A program made the position numbers and the translations under genes. A DNA stretch of 62,081 nucleotides from Pseudobdellovibrionaceae bacterium (GTDB lineage: Bacteria; Bdellovibrionota; Bdellovibrionia; Bdellovibrionales; UBA1609). The notes below the pieces were generated by a model, which had not been told where the DNA came from, searched no databases, and worked only from the letters and a program-made list of their open reading frames with translations. Positions 10,367 through 20,410 of the stretch are shown one piece after another; within the stretch, counting starts at the first letter, position 1; every line of letters starts with the position of its first letter. The DNA lies in the NCBI GenBank assembly GCA_030591685.1, contig JAUVAX010000012.1:1-62081 (forward strand), given 5' to 3'.

Positions 10367-11518
10367 ATGCTAAAACTCGGCGACCAAATAAAACTCTCTA
10401 TTGAAAAGCTCACCTTCAATGGCGGCCGCGGGCTGGCACGTTTTAATGGGGCCGTAGTGTTTGTGCCCTTCACGGCCCCTGGAGATAAAGTAACAGCCAC
10501 AATCACTAAAATAAAAAAAAGATTTATTGAGGCTGAACTTCATGAAATTATTGAGCCCTCAAGTTTACGCACAACCCCTGTGTGCCCTGTCTTTGGACGC
10601 TGCGGAGGGTGCAGCTGGCAACATCTCACCTACAACTCCCAGTTACAAACTAAGTTAATGCTCCTTGGGGAATTTATTAAAAAAGTGGACCCCCATGTAG
10701 AGGTGAGTGAGTTTTTAGAAAGCCCTCAGCAGTGGCACTATAGAAACCGTATCCAGTTACATGCCGAAGACGGCCTGTATGGTTATTATTCAAGAAAAAC
10801 AAACAACCTTATCCCCATAAAAGAATGCCCTATTGCCGATAAAGACATCAATGAAAACATGGCCCTGCTTTATAAAGAGCATCTTTTAAAGGGTCACTTT
10901 AAAAAGAAAACTTCTCGATTTGAACTCACAAAGGGCCCAAAGGGCCGTACCCATTTAATCACCAATCAATTCACAAACAACATAAGGTTGTTTTCACAAG
11001 TTAATGTCGCTCAAAACGAAAACCTTATAAAGCAAGTACTCAACATAATTAATGTTATCAATCCAAAACGGATTTTTGATCTCTACTGTGGAAGTGGTAA
11101 TTTTACGTTCCCAATAAAGGATAATAATCAAAAAGTCTCTGTCTCAGGGGTTGAAATGAGTTCAACCTCCATCAAAGAGGCTCAAAAAAAAGCTCTCCAT
11201 TTAGATGCTGATATTTGTTTTACTCATTCTACAATTGAGGACTTTTTTAAAACCCACCCTGGGTTCACCTCGGAGGATCTTATTTTAATTGATCCGCCTC
11301 GAACCGGCCTATCTAAGAGCGCTCTTGAGGCCCTTGCAAAAAAACAGCCTCCGTCGCTTATTTATATCAGCTGTAATCCCGCGACTTTGACTAGGGATTT
11401 AACGGATCTTTATAAGCTCTCAAACTTAAGAATAAAAACAGTCATTGGTTTTGATATGTTCCCTCAAACAGACCACATAGAGTCCTTGGTTTATCTCACC
11501 TCAAAGTCGACCAAATAG
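10367..11518 (+). CDS. rlmD: RlmD/TrmA-family RNA m5U methyltransferase
   Basis: TRAM domain, CPVFGRCGGC Fe-S motif, DLYCGSG, DPPR, FDMFPQTDHIES. Confidence 0.9.
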   Translation: MLKLGDQIKLSIEKLTFNGGRGLARFNGAVVFVPFTAPGDKVTATITKIKKRFIEAELHEIIEPSSLRTTPVCPVFGRCGGCSWQHLTYNSQLQTKLMLLGEFIKKVDPHVEVSEFLESPQQWHYRNRIQLHAEDGLYGYYSRKTNNLIPIKECPIADKDINENMALLYKEHLLKGHFKKKTSRFELTKGPKGRTHLITNQFTNNIRLFSQVNVAQNENLIKQVLNIINVINPKRIFDLYCGSGNFTFPIKDNNQKVSVSGVEMSSTSIKEAQKKALHLDADICFTHSTIEDFFKTHPGFTSEDLILIDPPRTGLSKSALEALAKKQPPSLIYISCNPATLTRDLTDLYKLSNLRIKTVIGFDMFPQTDHIESLVYLTSKSTK

Positions 11519-11990
11519 CAGCCAACCCTTTAGATTTACTTAGTATATTTAAAACACCTCACTTTTAATATGAACTTCATACTCATTGTTTTTTCATAAA
11601 GCCCCAAGAACCTCAATTTTTCACATCCCTTTGAATCCCCTCTGCACTTTTGAGGGCTTTACGGTAAGTCTCTTTGATTTTACCTTTTTAACATTAATGA
11701 ACTCTTTTTAAAAAACACTTTTAGGCTCTCTAATAGAAATAACCACCCCGGAAACCAAATAAAACTCCCTTATTTTGATACGACGACAAAAAAAGGACGT
11801 TAATAACTTTAAATACAAATATTTAAACAGTTGCCTCACTTTAAAGGTTTACAAAACAAGATTACCATTTAAAGTTATCAACGCAAACAGCCATGCCTGG
11901 TGAGACATGGCCATAAACCTCACCTGCGGCAGCAAATCAATTGCAGATTTTTATTTCTATTAAATAGTTTGTTTGCTAGCGTAGACGTAT

Positions 11991-12746
11991 ATGGGAAAGT
12001 TTCTGTTTTTACTATTAATACTTTCATTTCTTGGGTGTGCGACCTCAAGCCCTGACCTCGAAAAACAGGGTCGCCTTTATTTACAGCTCGGGACCTCTCA
12101 GCTTTCAAGGGGCATTTACCCTCAAGCCCTTGAAAGCCTGCTTCGCGCTGAAGCTATTTTACCTGACAACCCCAAAGTACAAAACAATTTGGGGTTAGCA
12201 TACTATGTGCGAAAAAAAACTAAAAAAGCAAAACACCACATTCGGCGCGCTGTTGAGTTAGACCCTGGTTACACGGAGGCTCGAAATAACTTATCGCGAA
12301 TACTAACGGAGCACGGTCAATATAAATTAGCCATCAAGCATCTGCTCATTGCAAAAAAAGACCTCACCTATCCAAGCCCCGAAAAAACCCTCGCTAATTT
12401 TGGATATACATACTTTGAGGCTAAAAAATATAAAAAAGCCCTTAAGTACCTTAAGTTGAGCTTAAAATCTCACCGTAAAGACTGTAACTCATACACTTAT
12501 TATGGGCGCTCTTTATATGAATTAAAAAAGTATGTCCTGGCCTCTAAGGCCCTCAGTAATGCCAGCAACATCTGCACAGCTCAACGGTCTGAAACCTCAA
12601 AATACTACAATGCACTTTCTCAAATTAAATTAGGCGAAAAAAGTAACGCTACTGCTATTTTTGAAGAAATCATTCAATTCTCACCTGAGAGCACGTATGC
12701 TAAAAAATCTCAAAAAATGTTAACATTACTTAAAAGGGCCGAATAA
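11991..12746 (+). CDS. PilF/PilW-like TPR lipoprotein
   Basis: Lipobox FLGC, TPR repeats (NNLGLAY, EARNNL), LTYPSPE motif; directly upstream of rodZ as in other proteobacteria. Confidence 0.8.
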   Translation: MGKFLFLLLILSFLGCATSSPDLEKQGRLYLQLGTSQLSRGIYPQALESLLRAEAILPDNPKVQNNLGLAYYVRKKTKKAKHHIRRAVELDPGYTEARNNLSRILTEHGQYKLAIKHLLIAKKDLTYPSPEKTLANFGYTYFEAKKYKKALKYLKLSLKSHRKDCNSYTYYGRSLYELKKYVLASKALSNASNICTAQRSETSKYYNALSQIKLGEKSNATAIFEEIIQFSPESTYAKKSQKMLTLLKRAE

Positions 12747-12747
12747 A

Positions 12748-13698
12748 ATGCAAGGCATTGGAACAAAACTTAAACACCGCAGAGACGAGCTAAAGCTCTC
12801 TATTAGCGAAGTGGCTATCTCAACAAAAATTAATGGGAAAACCCTTCAAGCTATGGAGCTTGGTGACCTAGAGCGCCTCCCCGCTAAAATATTTCTGCGG
12901 GGTTTTGTGCGAACATATGCCACTTACTTAAAAATGGATGTGAAAAGTGTCTTAGATCAATTTCAGGAAGAAATGGGACCTACAAGGCCCCACCCGGGCG
13001 ACCTAACGCCCCCCCAGTTTGATGTTTTCTCTGGGTTTTCTTTAAAAAAACTCTTACCAAGTCGAAAAAAATTATTTTTAGTCACTTTTCTTATTCTTGC
13101 CCTTGTTTCAATTTTTGTTTTAAAAACAGTCTATGATAAATATGAGCGTGAGACCCTTAAAAATACTAACCATGAGTCTCTCGCTGAACTTGTACCGCCG
13201 CCGTCAACAACAGCGACAACCGTTGAGGCCTTACCGAATGATGAACCCTCCCCAAGCGCCTCTAAAGAAAAAGGGCCCTCTGCCGGACTCAAAAAACTGA
13301 AAAATAGCGCGCTGAGCACTGAAAAATCAAAAGTTTTATTAAACACTCCTGCGAAAATAACACCGCCTAAAGCTACTACTAAAAACGAAAGCAAAAAAGT
13401 CATTGCTCAAGAACCCGAAAAAAAACCAATAGCTAACACTCAAAAAAAAGCCCCCCCTCACTCAGGACCTCATCAAATAATTATTGAATCATTAGATGAA
13501 GTCTCTCTTGATTACAGAGCTGACGGAAACAAATTAAAATCAAAAACCCTTTCTCCTGATGAAGTCTTTATTATTAATGCCAAAAATTCTGTTGCCATTG
13601 ATATTGACGACGGAGGGGCTGTAAATATTATACATAATGGTAAAGACAAAGGGGTCCCAGGGGACCTTGGGCAATCTGTCAAAGTTCGATTTCCATAA
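12748..13698 (+). CDS. rodZ: RodZ-like HTH/TM/DUF4115 protein
   Basis: N-terminal HTH with FLRGFVRTYATYL, one TM, low-complexity linker, C-terminal beta domain. Confidence 0.82.
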   Translation: MQGIGTKLKHRRDELKLSISEVAISTKINGKTLQAMELGDLERLPAKIFLRGFVRTYATYLKMDVKSVLDQFQEEMGPTRPHPGDLTPPQFDVFSGFSLKKLLPSRKKLFLVTFLILALVSIFVLKTVYDKYERETLKNTNHESLAELVPPPSTTATTVEALPNDEPSPSASKEKGPSAGLKKLKNSALSTEKSKVLLNTPAKITPPKATTKNESKKVIAQEPEKKPIANTQKKAPPHSGPHQIIIESLDEVSLDYRADGNKLKSKTLSPDEVFIINAKNSVAIDIDDGGAVNIIHNGKDKGVPGDLGQSVKVRFP

Positions 13699-13701
13699 AC
13701 T

Positions 13702-15048
13702 ATGAAATTAGTCTACAAAGTTTGGTGGGTCTCCCTTCTTATAAAACTTTTAATTGGTATTTTTTTACCTCTTTCTTTTGACGAATCTTATTATTGGGTT
13801 TGGTCCCACCACTTACAGTTAAGCTTTTTTGATCACCCACCGTTTGTTTCTTGGCTCTTATATCTGGGTCAGGCCTTTGAGGGATTTTATCAAGCGGTAA
13901 GGGTTCCCTCGATTATCATGGGCCACCTCACCCTTTGGATTTGGGTTTTAATACTTAAAGATCACCTGAGTGATAAAAAAATTCTTGTTTGGCTCTCTTT
14001 AGCCCTCATCTCTCCCCTCTTAGGGGTTGGAAGTCTTCTTGTTACCCCTGATCTCCCGTTAATGTTTTTTTGGTCCCTCGGAGTTTGGTCCCTTATTCGA
14101 GCTGAAAAATCTCGCTCGTATTTTGATTTCTGCCTTCTTGGGGCCATAACGGGACTCGGATTTCTTGCCAAATACCATATGGTTTTATTTTTACCCTGCT
14201 CATTGGCCTGGCTTATTTTTAACAGGGCCTATTCAGTAAAAAACATCGCCTCTCTTTTAATTGGGTTCTTATGCTTTATGATTTTCTCAAGCCCTGTATG
14301 GATCTGGAATGCCCAAAACGATTTTATTTCTTTTGTCTTTCAACTCAACCATGGACTCGGATCCTCTAGTTGGAGCCCTTCATGGACCTTTGGGTATCTG
14401 CTCTCTCAAACACTTATATTTTTCCCGGTGATTTTATGGTTCTCGATAAAAGTAGCTACTGACTTCTCGAAAAAACAAAGACTGTTGTTTGTTTTTATCG
14501 GCTGGGGGCCTCTTTTGTTTTTCTTGCTTTCTTCTTTTAAGGGGCGCGTAGAGGCAAATTGGCCCAGCGTCGCCTTCCCTGCTATTTTGGCTCTTGCTGT
14601 TGCTAGTTCTCACAAATTTAAATGGGCAAAAATAACTATTGGCTTTTGGGCCCTTTTAACTACACTTATATTATCTCAAGCTTTTTTACAGTGGGTACCC
14701 CGTGAGATTATTAAATTAAAAACTGAAGAGTTCATATTCTTTGACCCCATCATTCATAAAATTAAACCACTAATTGCGGCCCAGCCAAGACCCCTTTATG
14801 CACGCTCTTTTCAAATGGCCTCTCAACTCAGTTTTAAAACTAAGGGGTTTACTTATAAGCTACGGGGTTTAAACCGGTTTGATTTTTTTGACATGAGGCC
14901 CGAGGCTACACCTAAAGAAAACTACTACGTTATTACATTAAAAAATGAACCCCTTCCTATATGGACAGAGGTCGAAGGACATAAAGTCATCGACACTATT
15001 TCAATTAGCAAACTTTATGAATTAAAAACGGTTAACATTAATGACTAA
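13702..15048 (+). CDS. ArnT/PMT-like (GT-C) membrane glycosyltransferase
   Basis: DESYYWVWS, FDHPP, TPDLPL, LAKY, EANW motifs; many TM helices. Confidence 0.88.
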   Translation: MKLVYKVWWVSLLIKLLIGIFLPLSFDESYYWVWSHHLQLSFFDHPPFVSWLLYLGQAFEGFYQAVRVPSIIMGHLTLWIWVLILKDHLSDKKILVWLSLALISPLLGVGSLLVTPDLPLMFFWSLGVWSLIRAEKSRSYFDFCLLGAITGLGFLAKYHMVLFLPCSLAWLIFNRAYSVKNIASLLIGFLCFMIFSSPVWIWNAQNDFISFVFQLNHGLGSSSWSPSWTFGYLLSQTLIFFPVILWFSIKVATDFSKKQRLLFVFIGWGPLLFFLLSSFKGRVEANWPSVAFPAILALAVASSHKFKWAKITIGFWALLTTLILSQAFLQWVPREIIKLKTEEFIFFDPIIHKIKPLIAAQPRPLYARSFQMASQLSFKTKGFTYKLRGLNRFDFFDMRPEATPKENYYVITLKNEPLPIWTEVEGHKVIDTISISKLYELKTVNIND

Positions 15049-16288
15049 GCGCCGGTTGATAATATTTTTACTTGGGTCTTTATTTTTATATATTTTATCT
15101 GGAATATTTATTATTCAATATGAGGTGGATTTATTTAGCAACTCCCTCAACACAAAAAACCCTGAGTATTTTTATGACTACAGTGGCATCACCCATATAC
15201 ATTCTGATGCCAGCACCGGGAGCGGCAGCAAAGAGCACATCTCAAAAGAGGCCGAACTTAGCAATCTAGATTTTATTTACATCACTGACCTGAATGTTTT
15301 TGACCTTAAGCCACCAAAAGAGTCTAAACAAGGCAAAACACTTGTTTTCATGGCAAAAGAGTTCACCTATTTAGACTCAAAATTACTGCTCTACCACCGG
15401 CAATCCCCTCGGAGGCTCACGGGTCCTGGCAATGTACATATCACCTTCTCTGATATGTTAGGGCGAAAAAAGCGTGACCCTGATGAAGGCCTTCTCGTTT
15501 TGTCACACCCCTATAAGCCTAACTACCAATGGGAGGGCGCCTACCCCCCTGGGCTTGACGGCATAGAGGTCGTTAACCTTAAAACGCTTTGGGAGAATGC
15601 ATGGTTAAAGTCTAAGGCCTCTTTTTTTTGGACACTGCTTGTTTACCCCTTTAACCCCAATTTGTCCTTTATAAGGCTTTTCAAATTCCCAGTAAAAAAT
15701 CTGGCTCTCTTTGATAAGCTCTCAAGTATAAAGCCCACAATTGGGTTTTTAGGGACTGATGCTGAGGCCATGGTTTCTTTGGGGGCCAACAAGGGTTTTA
15801 AATTTCCAAGCTATAATCAGGTTTTCTCTTATGCAAAAACACATGTTTTATTGCAATCAGAGCTTACTGGTACTTTTAAGCGAGATAAAAGTAAAATACA
15901 AAAAGCCATTAGCGAAGGTCAGTTTTATATTAGTCTTGATTCACTGGCGAACCCAAAGGGGTTTTCAGCTTTTATCACAAATAAGTCTCATCAAATTTTA
16001 CCTCTTGGCACCAAAACTACATGGGAAGAGGATATGGTTTTAAATATCACCTACCCCTCAAAACCAAACTTGCCCGTAGAGGCTTTTATTTTTAAAAACG
16101 GAGTACTTGTGGCAAACTCCAGTTCATTGACCCCTAAAGTAAAGCTCCAAACCCCCGGCGTATATAGGGTGCTTATTCGAGTGCGTCTGGATTTACCTCT
16201 GCCCGACGGGCCTAAATGGAAAGATTGGATTTTTACAAACCCCTTTTACTTAAAGCAACCTAACAACAAGCCCATCAAAAGCCTGTAG
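15041..16288 (+). CDS. Membrane-anchored PHP-domain metallohydrolase
   Basis: N-terminal TM, HIHS, ITD, SHP, GIEVVN, GTDA motifs, C-terminal TNPFY; overlaps the glycosyltransferase by 8 nt. Confidence 0.75.
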   Translation: MTKRRLIIFLLGSLFLYILSGIFIIQYEVDLFSNSLNTKNPEYFYDYSGITHIHSDASTGSGSKEHISKEAELSNLDFIYITDLNVFDLKPPKESKQGKTLVFMAKEFTYLDSKLLLYHRQSPRRLTGPGNVHITFSDMLGRKKRDPDEGLLVLSHPYKPNYQWEGAYPPGLDGIEVVNLKTLWENAWLKSKASFFWTLLVYPFNPNLSFIRLFKFPVKNLALFDKLSSIKPTIGFLGTDAEAMVSLGANKGFKFPSYNQVFSYAKTHVLLQSELTGTFKRDKSKIQKAISEGQFYISLDSLANPKGFSAFITNKSHQILPLGTKTTWEEDMVLNITYPSKPNLPVEAFIFKNGVLVANSSSLTPKVKLQTPGVYRVLIRVRLDLPLPDGPKWKDWIFTNPFYLKQPNNKPIKSL

Positions 16289-16540
16289 TTGACAACTTAA
16301 CCGCTCTTTATCCGCAAAACCTCGGCCTTCAAGTGTCTCTTTTTCTTGTTCTGTGCGCTCGGGGAGCTGACTTAAATGACTCTCAACAAAAACTCTACAT
16401 GTCGTACAAGTTGCGTTGCCGCCGCAAGAGGAGTTGATAAGTAAGTTGTTCTGAGTGGCCAATTCGAGAACCGTCACCTGACCACTAAATGAGCATTCTA
16501 TGTTTACAGGTAAAAATGTAACCTTTGGCTTTTGAGTCAT
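16250..16540 (-). CDS. 2Fe-2S ferredoxin
   Basis: CGGNATCTTC...RLSCQ motif; start set at MTQKPK (16540), which follows a TATAAT. Confidence 0.88.
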   Translation of the reverse strand: MTQKPKVTFLPVNIECSFSGQVTVLELATQNNLLINSSCGGNATCTTCRVFVESHLSQLPERTEQEKETLEGRGFADKERLSCQLQAFDGLVVRLL

Positions 16541-16638
16541 ATCAGTATTATAGCCGCTTTGCTGGTGCGCGAAAACAATGTTTTTGAGTTTGTGACGCAA
16601 ATTTTTGTTCATTGAATTTTTTTTGAATTACAATTAAA

Positions 16639-17265
16639 TTGGCTCCTATGGATTTTATAGCTTTTGACCTTGAAACGACTGGGTTTATCCCCGGCATCGA
16701 CCGTATCATCGAGATAGGTGCGGTGCGGTTTAAAAATGACTCTGTTCAGGCCGTATACTCTACTCTTGTAGACCCAGAAATGTCCATACCTCAAGCCAGC
16801 TCTGCTGTAAACGGGATCACCGACGATATGGTCGTGGGCAAGCCAAAAATTGAAACATTACTCGACTCTTTTGCTGAGTTCTGTGAAGACAGCATCATGG
16901 TGGCCCACAATGCTAGTTTTGACGTGCCCTTTTTATCTGCTGAAATTCAAAAACACGAAACAACAGCCCCTACAGGGCTTGTTTTAGATACACTTGGCTT
17001 GGCCAAAAAAGTTTACCCTGGCCTGGCTAATTATAAACTGGGCACCCTTGTGCAGCACCTTAAGATCCCTGTAACTAACTTTCATCGAGCTGAAGAGGAC
17101 GCCACTTACTGCGGGCTTCTTTTTTATAAAATGATGAACAAAATGACCGGAATGAACCAAATGCCAGAGGTTGAACACTTAATTCAACTCTCCGGAAAAC
17201 CAAAAACTAATTTCCCCATTGTGACTAAGCAGCCCAAACAGCTATCTATGCTTGATTTACTTTAA
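16639..17265 (+). CDS. DnaQ-like DEDDh 3'-5' exonuclease
   Basis: AFDLETTG, AHNASFD, HRAEEDA motifs. Confidence 0.92.
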   Translation: MAPMDFIAFDLETTGFIPGIDRIIEIGAVRFKNDSVQAVYSTLVDPEMSIPQASSAVNGITDDMVVGKPKIETLLDSFAEFCEDSIMVAHNASFDVPFLSAEIQKHETTAPTGLVLDTLGLAKKVYPGLANYKLGTLVQHLKIPVTNFHRAEEDATYCGLLFYKMMNKMTGMNQMPEVEHLIQLSGKPKTNFPIVTKQPKQLSMLDLL

Positions 17266-18906
17266 TTTTTTAAAATTTGCACGGTGGGCAATCGGTAATC
17301 GGCGCCCGCGCCCAAAAGCTCTTTCGCTTAATTTTAAAATTGGCGGCGCTTGCCAGCGTTTGAACTCTGTTTTCATTAATGCGCTCACGACCCTTTTATC
17401 TATAGGCGTTTTTGGAGCTTTACCCTGAGTGACTATCTTAAACACAGACCTGTCGAGCCATTCGTATTTCGGCAAGGACTCCTCGTCAGTTTGATCTGGC
17501 CTGAGCTCTGCTGAGGGCGGACGGTCAATTATAAATCGAGGGATCACCTCGGAGTCTTTATTAATAAACTCCGCCAGCTCAAAAACTTCTGTTTTTAATA
17601 AGTCCCCAATGGGCGAAAGCCCCCCACAAAGGTCTCCGTACAGGGTACTATACCCCATTGATAGTTCACTTTTATTGCTTGTATTTAAAAGCAAACTATT
17701 TTTTAAATTTGCATAACTCATTAACAAAAGACCTCTTGTTCTCGCCTGCAGGTTTTCATGCATTAACCCAAACTCTTGTGCCCCGAGGGCGTCCTCAATA
17801 ACATTGACCTCCTCTTTATAAAGTCCTTCAATAGGCATCTCTAAAAACTTTGCGCCAATATTACTTGCTAACTTTTTTGCTGAAGACAAAGACTTTGGGT
17901 CATTGAAGGCTCCGGGCATAGCTATACATGTAACATTTTTTGGTCCCAATGCCTTTACAGCGGCGCAAGCAACAACGGCAGAGTCTATTCCCCCACTAAG
18001 TCCCAGGTGGACTCCATTAAGTCCTGTTTTATTAACAAAGTCTCTAATCCCTAAGCTAATAGCCTCATGGTTTCGCTGCGTCTTATTTTGTATGCCCACC
18101 CTTTTTTGGCCATTAGTTATTTGGTTTGTTTTTTTATCAAAAGATACACTCACCAAGTCTTCTTTAAAAAATTCAGCACGAGCCACAATGTTTGCTTTTT
18201 TATCAATGGCAAAGCTCCCGCCATCAAATACAAGCTCGTCTTGTGCCCCAACCATATTTGTATAAATCATAGGGCACTTAAATAGCTCTACCATTTTTTT
18301 TGTCACGTAAAGTCGTTGTTTTAATTTTTCAGCACAATAGGGGGATGCTGATATATTTAAAACCATATCAAAGCGTTGGCCTTTTAAACCCTTCATTGGG
18401 TTTGTTTTGTATTTTGATGTTTTATGACCCGGCAAAGTCCAGGCCCAAATGTCTTCACAAACTGTCACTAAAAAAGTTTTCCCTTTAAACTTAAGTATGT
18501 TTTTACTCACATCACCCTCTTCAATGTGTCGAGCCTCGTCAAAAACATCGTAAGTAGGGAGTAATTGCTTATTAAAAATTTTAGTTTTTTTACCTGATTG
18601 GGCAAAGACTGCTGAATTAAAATAAGGGCGCCCATTTGTGTTTTTATTTTCACAAATAGCTCCAAAAAGAACACCCACACCTTGTGGGATTTTTTTTTGC
18701 ACCTGTTCAATCATTCGAATTTGTTTTTTCACAATATAGTCATACTCTAACAAATCAAAGGGGTGATACCCAAACAAGCACGATTCTGGAAAGATCACTA
18801 AATCGGACCCCTCATTGCAGGCTCTTTTCACATAAGAAATAATTAACTTTAAATTATATTCAAAGTCCCCTAGGACTGGGTTTATTTGAGCTAATGAGAT
18901 TTTCAT
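17257..18906 (-). CDS. nadE: Glutamine-dependent NAD+ synthetase
   Basis: Nitrilase domain (FPE, K, CED) plus GLSGGIDS, NLQAR, GYSTLYGD, PSAEL. Confidence 0.96.
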   Translation of the reverse strand: MKISLAQINPVLGDFEYNLKLIISYVKRACNEGSDLVIFPESCLFGYHPFDLLEYDYIVKKQIRMIEQVQKKIPQGVGVLFGAICENKNTNGRPYFNSAVFAQSGKKTKIFNKQLLPTYDVFDEARHIEEGDVSKNILKFKGKTFLVTVCEDIWAWTLPGHKTSKYKTNPMKGLKGQRFDMVLNISASPYCAEKLKQRLYVTKKMVELFKCPMIYTNMVGAQDELVFDGGSFAIDKKANIVARAEFFKEDLVSVSFDKKTNQITNGQKRVGIQNKTQRNHEAISLGIRDFVNKTGLNGVHLGLSGGIDSAVVACAAVKALGPKNVTCIAMPGAFNDPKSLSSAKKLASNIGAKFLEMPIEGLYKEEVNVIEDALGAQEFGLMHENLQARTRGLLLMSYANLKNSLLLNTSNKSELSMGYSTLYGDLCGGLSPIGDLLKTEVFELAEFINKDSEVIPRFIIDRPPSAELRPDQTDEESLPKYEWLDRSVFKIVTQGKAPKTPIDKRVVSALMKTEFKRWQAPPILKLSERAFGRGRRLPIAHRANFKKLK

Positions 18907-18993
18907 AAAAAGAAATATATAGGAGGTTGTTTATCTTTGTCCAGAACGATTCATTTAAAGTTCTAAACTTGCATCATCGCCCCGGGATTTAGA

Positions 18994-19392
18994 TTAATTA
19001 GGAAGGCTCGTCTCTACAAACAGCTTGTCCTCTATAGGAATTCGACCTGTTAATCCTTCAGAATAAGCGTGCCAATAACAAATCTCTTGTTCTGGATGCT
19101 TCCAGCAAAAAAGACCATCACCAGAGTCAAAGTCCACAAGCCATAGTCCCTTTGGAATGCCCCCTAATCGTGAAATTTTAGAGTTCCACTCTGAAAGCAG
19201 TTCATTTACTTGTGCTTCAAGCTCGTCAATTAATTTAAAATTATCTATGTCTATTGTCGATAACCGCGAAAGCAGTGACTCTACTTTATCTCTGTATTCT
19301 TCTGTAATTTTACGAACTACAGGTAAAATCTGTTTTGCCTGTACCAACGTAAAATTTCCGCTTCTGTTTATAGAAACAACTTGAGACTCCAC
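18994..19392 (-). CDS. DUF2203-family protein
   Basis: FTLVQAKQILP, GLWLVDF, FCWK..E..I.YWH...G..GR pattern. Confidence 0.8.
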   Translation of the reverse strand: MESQVVSINRSGNFTLVQAKQILPVVRKITEEYRDKVESLLSRLSTIDIDNFKLIDELEAQVNELLSEWNSKISRLGGIPKGLWLVDFDSGDGLFCWKHPEQEICYWHAYSEGLTGRIPIEDKLFVETSLPN

Positions 19393-19534
19393 TCATTACC
19401 CCCTCAAACTAAAACCACTGATTTCACCTCTATAAGTACTTATTTACTAAAAATTAAGAAAACTCAACTCGCGAAGTGTTTTGAAAAATTATTCCAATTT
19501 ACCGGGCTGCGTCGTTGGTAAAAAGGTGTCACTT

Positions 19535-20410
19535 TTATTCCATAGATTTACTTATTTGCATGGCCTGGCTGCCGAAAAACAGGATAATGGCTAAAATAAT
19601 AATTATTATTATAAAATATCTTAAAAATTTGCCAAAGCCCATCTCCTCGACCTCTAACTTATGATCTTTTACGAAAGTTCTTTTTTTAACAATAAATTGA
19701 GCATTTTTATCATTCGCCTTTGAGCCCGTGCTTTTTATGCTCGTTTTAATCGGGGCTCGGTCCTTTTTTTGACTTTCAGGATCATCAATATAATACCCCT
19801 CGCCATTTATGAACTCCACTGAAGAGGACTGACCATCGCTTGTTTTTGTTTTTACACTTATCGCCACTTCCGAGTCAGAAACATCACCTGACCCCCCCTT
19901 TGATTTTTTACCAGAGCCGCCACCGCCCCGACGGCCCCTTTTGTTTGAAGCAAGAAAGCTATTTTTTGATCCGCCTCCATCAGTCCCCGACCCAGAGCCT
20001 GAGTAGCCCGACCCAGAACCCCCTCCCACGCCGGAACCAGACCCGCCTCCGTCCTCAGATGAGTCTCCTGCGCTACCGCCCCCATTACCAGACTTTGATG
20101 GGGGTCGGCCACTGGCTAGACTAAACTCTGCATGCTCGTCTTGGCAGACTCCCTTTGAACCTGAGCCTTTGCTATTTAGACTGGGAAGCTCCCCTGTTTC
20201 TAAAAGGCACGTTAAATACTCTCCAAAATAATTACTCGCAAAATTTTTAAAGGCATCATTAAACTGATAGGCCGAACCAACAATAAGTCCAACCACTAGG
20301 ACCAACATCAAGATAAACTCAGTAGCTCCCTGGCCTGATTGTGAAAAATAAGTAGAGTTTTTAATTCTACCTTTTAACTTTCTACATAAACTCTTTATAA
20401 TATACATCAT
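19535..20410 (-). CDS. Tad/Flp-type prepilin-like protein with Gly/Ser-rich linker and C-terminal TM
   Basis: SGQGATEFILMLVLVV prepilin motif, two Cys, long GGSG tract, second hydrophobic helix at the C-terminus. Confidence 0.72.
   Translation of the reverse strand: MMYIIKSLCRKLKGRIKNSTYFSQSGQGATEFILMLVLVVGLIVGSAYQFNDAFKNFASNYFGEYLTCLLETGELPSLNSKGSGSKGVCQDEHAEFSLASGRPPSKSGNGGGSAGDSSEDGGGSGSGVGGGSGSGYSGSGSGTDGGGSKNSFLASNKRGRRGGGGSGKKSKGGSGDVSDSEVAISVKTKTSDGQSSSVEFINGEGYYIDDPESQKKDRAPIKTSIKSTGSKANDKNAQFIVKKRTFVKDHKLEVEEMGFGKFLRYFIIIIIILAIILFFGSQAMQISKSME

Noticed and set aside
19900..20110. GC-rich repetitive stretch
   Set aside because: Explained by Gly/Ser codons of the pilin-like protein; not a DNA repeat or CRISPR array.
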